Source: a virus
Lineage: Duplodnaviria > Heunggongvirae > Uroviricota > Caudoviricetes
Reading direction: 5' to 3' (one strand)
IMG/VR virus record: IMGVR_UViG_2713896788_000033
Length of the DNA stretch: 8,823 bases
Shown here: positions 7,747 through 8,823 of the stretch, in pieces
Layout of the letters: each line of letters opens with the position of its first letter
How positions within the stretch are numbered: position 1 is the stretch's first letter
Made by a program: the position numbers and the translations under genes
The notes under the pieces: generated by a model
Seen by the model: only the letters and a program-made list of their open reading frames with translations
Databases searched by the model: none
Told to the model about the DNA's origin: nothing

Positions 7747-8415
7747 CTATTTTTTCCCTGAAGCGGAAAACATTACTACAGTACCTTGAACCTTGGTTTT
7801 AACATTCTCGAAATGCTCTGAGAGTATATGTGTTAAGCCTTCTTCGGAATCTTTTGTGTTTGAAAAGATGCCTTTCTGATTGTAAATGCGCATCAGTTTT
7901 TGACCGAAGCTATTGTGCACAACTCCATCGCCAAGAATTGTGGCTCCGTATAGAGTTCCATCGTCAGTTAAGGCCTGCGCCGCATTGCGTATTACACAGC
8001 TTTTTGTAGATATATTTCCAGGCAGGCAGTGAAGAAGGTAAAACATGGAAATGGAATCAAATTGACCATGTAACGCCGCGGGATAAGGTTCAAAAACATC
8101 ATGGCTAATTTTATGTTTAATTTTTGATTCCCCAGCCCTTGTAGATGCCGCGTTCAGGCTAGCTTCGTTCAAATCCATTAAAGATATCAGACTACTCTCA
8201 GGTACGTGAGTAAGGTAAAACCCAGTTCCAACACCAATATCCAGATGGTTGTTACCTAAATGTTCCAGAAAGTGTGGAAGAAGGTGTTCCTTTGTAGGAC
8301 ATCCCCATGCAAGACGATTTGATACTCCCAAAACCCACCAGTCATAAAGCTTTAGGGTAAGTGGTGTGTAAATTTTAGCCCCATCATCTGTGTTTTTTTT
8401 CATTAATTTCACCAT
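7747..8415 (-). CDS. Class I SAM-dependent methyltransferase (orphan; target unknown)
   Basis: 222-aa ORF; the likelier start is the internal ATG (reverse complement of 8401-8403), which has a GGTGA SD, giving MKKNTDDGAK... Rossmann motif I HLDIGVGTGFYL (hh-D-h-G-x-G-x-G), an acidic residue after beta-2 (SLMDLNE) and a DDGTLY motif typical of small-molecule/RNA class I methyltransferases. From memory, a methyltransferase gene (ybcY) lies between two tfa genes in E. coli K-12 prophage DLP12; this arrangement is similar, but the homology is unverified. Confidence 0.6.
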   Translation of the reverse strand: MVKLMKKNTDDGAKIYTPLTLKLYDWWVLGVSNRLAWGCPTKEHLLPHFLEHLGNNHLDIGVGTGFYLTHVPESSLISLMDLNEASLNAASTRAGESKIKHKISHDVFEPYPAALHGQFDSISMFYLLHCLPGNISTKSCVIRNAAQALTDDGTLYGATILGDGVVHNSFGQKLMRIYNQKGIFSNTKDSEEGLTHILSEHFENVKTKVQGTVVMFSASGKK

Positions 8416-8471
8416 GTTATAGTTTTATTTGTGAATTAAATCAATTATGGCGATGAATTACAAGGGGTTAA

Positions 8472-8720
8472 ATGCTGCCGCAGCATAGCGATATTGAAAT
8501 AGCCTGGTATGCTGCGATACAGCAGGAGCCGAATGGCTGGAAGACCGTCACCACACAGTTCTACATCCAGGAATTCAGTGAGTATATTGCGCCACTGCAG
8601 GATGCTGTAGATCTGGAAATCGCAACGGAGGAAGAAAGATCGTTGCTGGAGGCATGGAATAAATATCGGGTATTGTTGAATCGTGTTGATACATCAGTAG
8701 CTCGTAAGCGTACAGCCTGA
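8472..8720 (+). pseudogene. 3' remnant of a second tail fibre assembly (tfa) gene
   Basis: 82-aa ORF whose C-terminal half ...[38 protein letters not shown] matches the C-terminal domain of the tfa at 4335-4916 (nucleotide similarity 8577-8696 versus 4754-4874). The N-terminal 35 residues show no similarity to the full Tfa and there is no convincing SD, so this is probably a recombination remnant whose ATG is fortuitous. Confidence 0.6.
8577..8696 (+). repeat. Right copy of the approximately 120-bp direct repeat (tfa 3' end)
   Basis: See the left copy: same orientation, same reading frame, similarity ends at ...GTTGATACATCA. Confidence 0.8.
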
Positions 8721-8823
8721 ACCGTCTGGTCAGAATCTGACGAATTAGACAAAGTGGTGCCCACCAAATAAGTAGTGGGAACCAAAGTATCAGATATGCA
8801 GAAAAATGTGACTCCCGGCAGGC

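Noticed and set aside
7778-7800. Sequence CTTGAACCTTGGTTTTAACATT, loosely resembling a Hin/Gin/Pin-type invertase crossover site (hix/gix-like ...TTGAAAACC-AA-GGTTTT...)
   Set aside because: The match to the half-site consensus is degenerate (missing the A-tract). It lies inside the methyltransferase coding sequence, there is no inverted partner site, and no invertase gene is in the window. Most likely coincidence.
8472-8582. N-terminal part of the 82-aa ORF ([37 protein letters not shown]) as a possible novel small protein
   Set aside because: No SD, no similarity to the intact Tfa N-terminal region, and it continues directly into a tfa 3' fragment. More simply explained as a fortuitous ATG in a recombination remnant.
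1-8823. CRISPR arrays, tRNA/rRNA genes, IS elements with terminal inverted repeats, integrase/attachment sites
   Set aside because: No short regularly spaced direct repeats, no tRNA-like cloverleaf candidates and no transposase or integrase-like ORFs were seen. The only repeats are the stf internal tandem repeats, the stf 5' paralogue and the tfa 3' direct repeats.

Overview
This window is the right-hand end of a lambda-like prophage late region followed by an AT-rich cargo island. The prophage part reads: 3' end of the tail-tip gene J (2..214), the outer-membrane moron lom (282..881), a 5' fragment of a side tail fibre gene cut off by a 50-N assembly gap (1033..1299, gap 1300..1349), a full-length side tail fibre gene stf (1420..4335) and a translationally coupled tail fibre assembly gene tfa (4335..4916). 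Downstream, on the minus strand, lies a visibly lower-GC four-gene operon resembling the stationary-phase stress cluster yciG-yciF-yciE-katN (7249 down to 5036), with a roughly 500-bp AT-rich leader. Beyond that are a minus-strand class I SAM-dependent methyltransferase (7747..8403/8415) and a 3' remnant of a second tfa gene (8472..8720). The cargo is bracketed by two roughly 120-bp direct copies of the tfa 3' end (about 89% identical by hand alignment). The most interesting candidate is therefore a phage-borne oxidative/stationary-phase stress cassette plus an orphan methyltransferase sitting in the tail-fibre recombination hotspot. All calls rest on reading the sequence and on recalled family features; no database search was run, and the gap and ambiguous bases limit what can be said about the duplicated stf 5' end.
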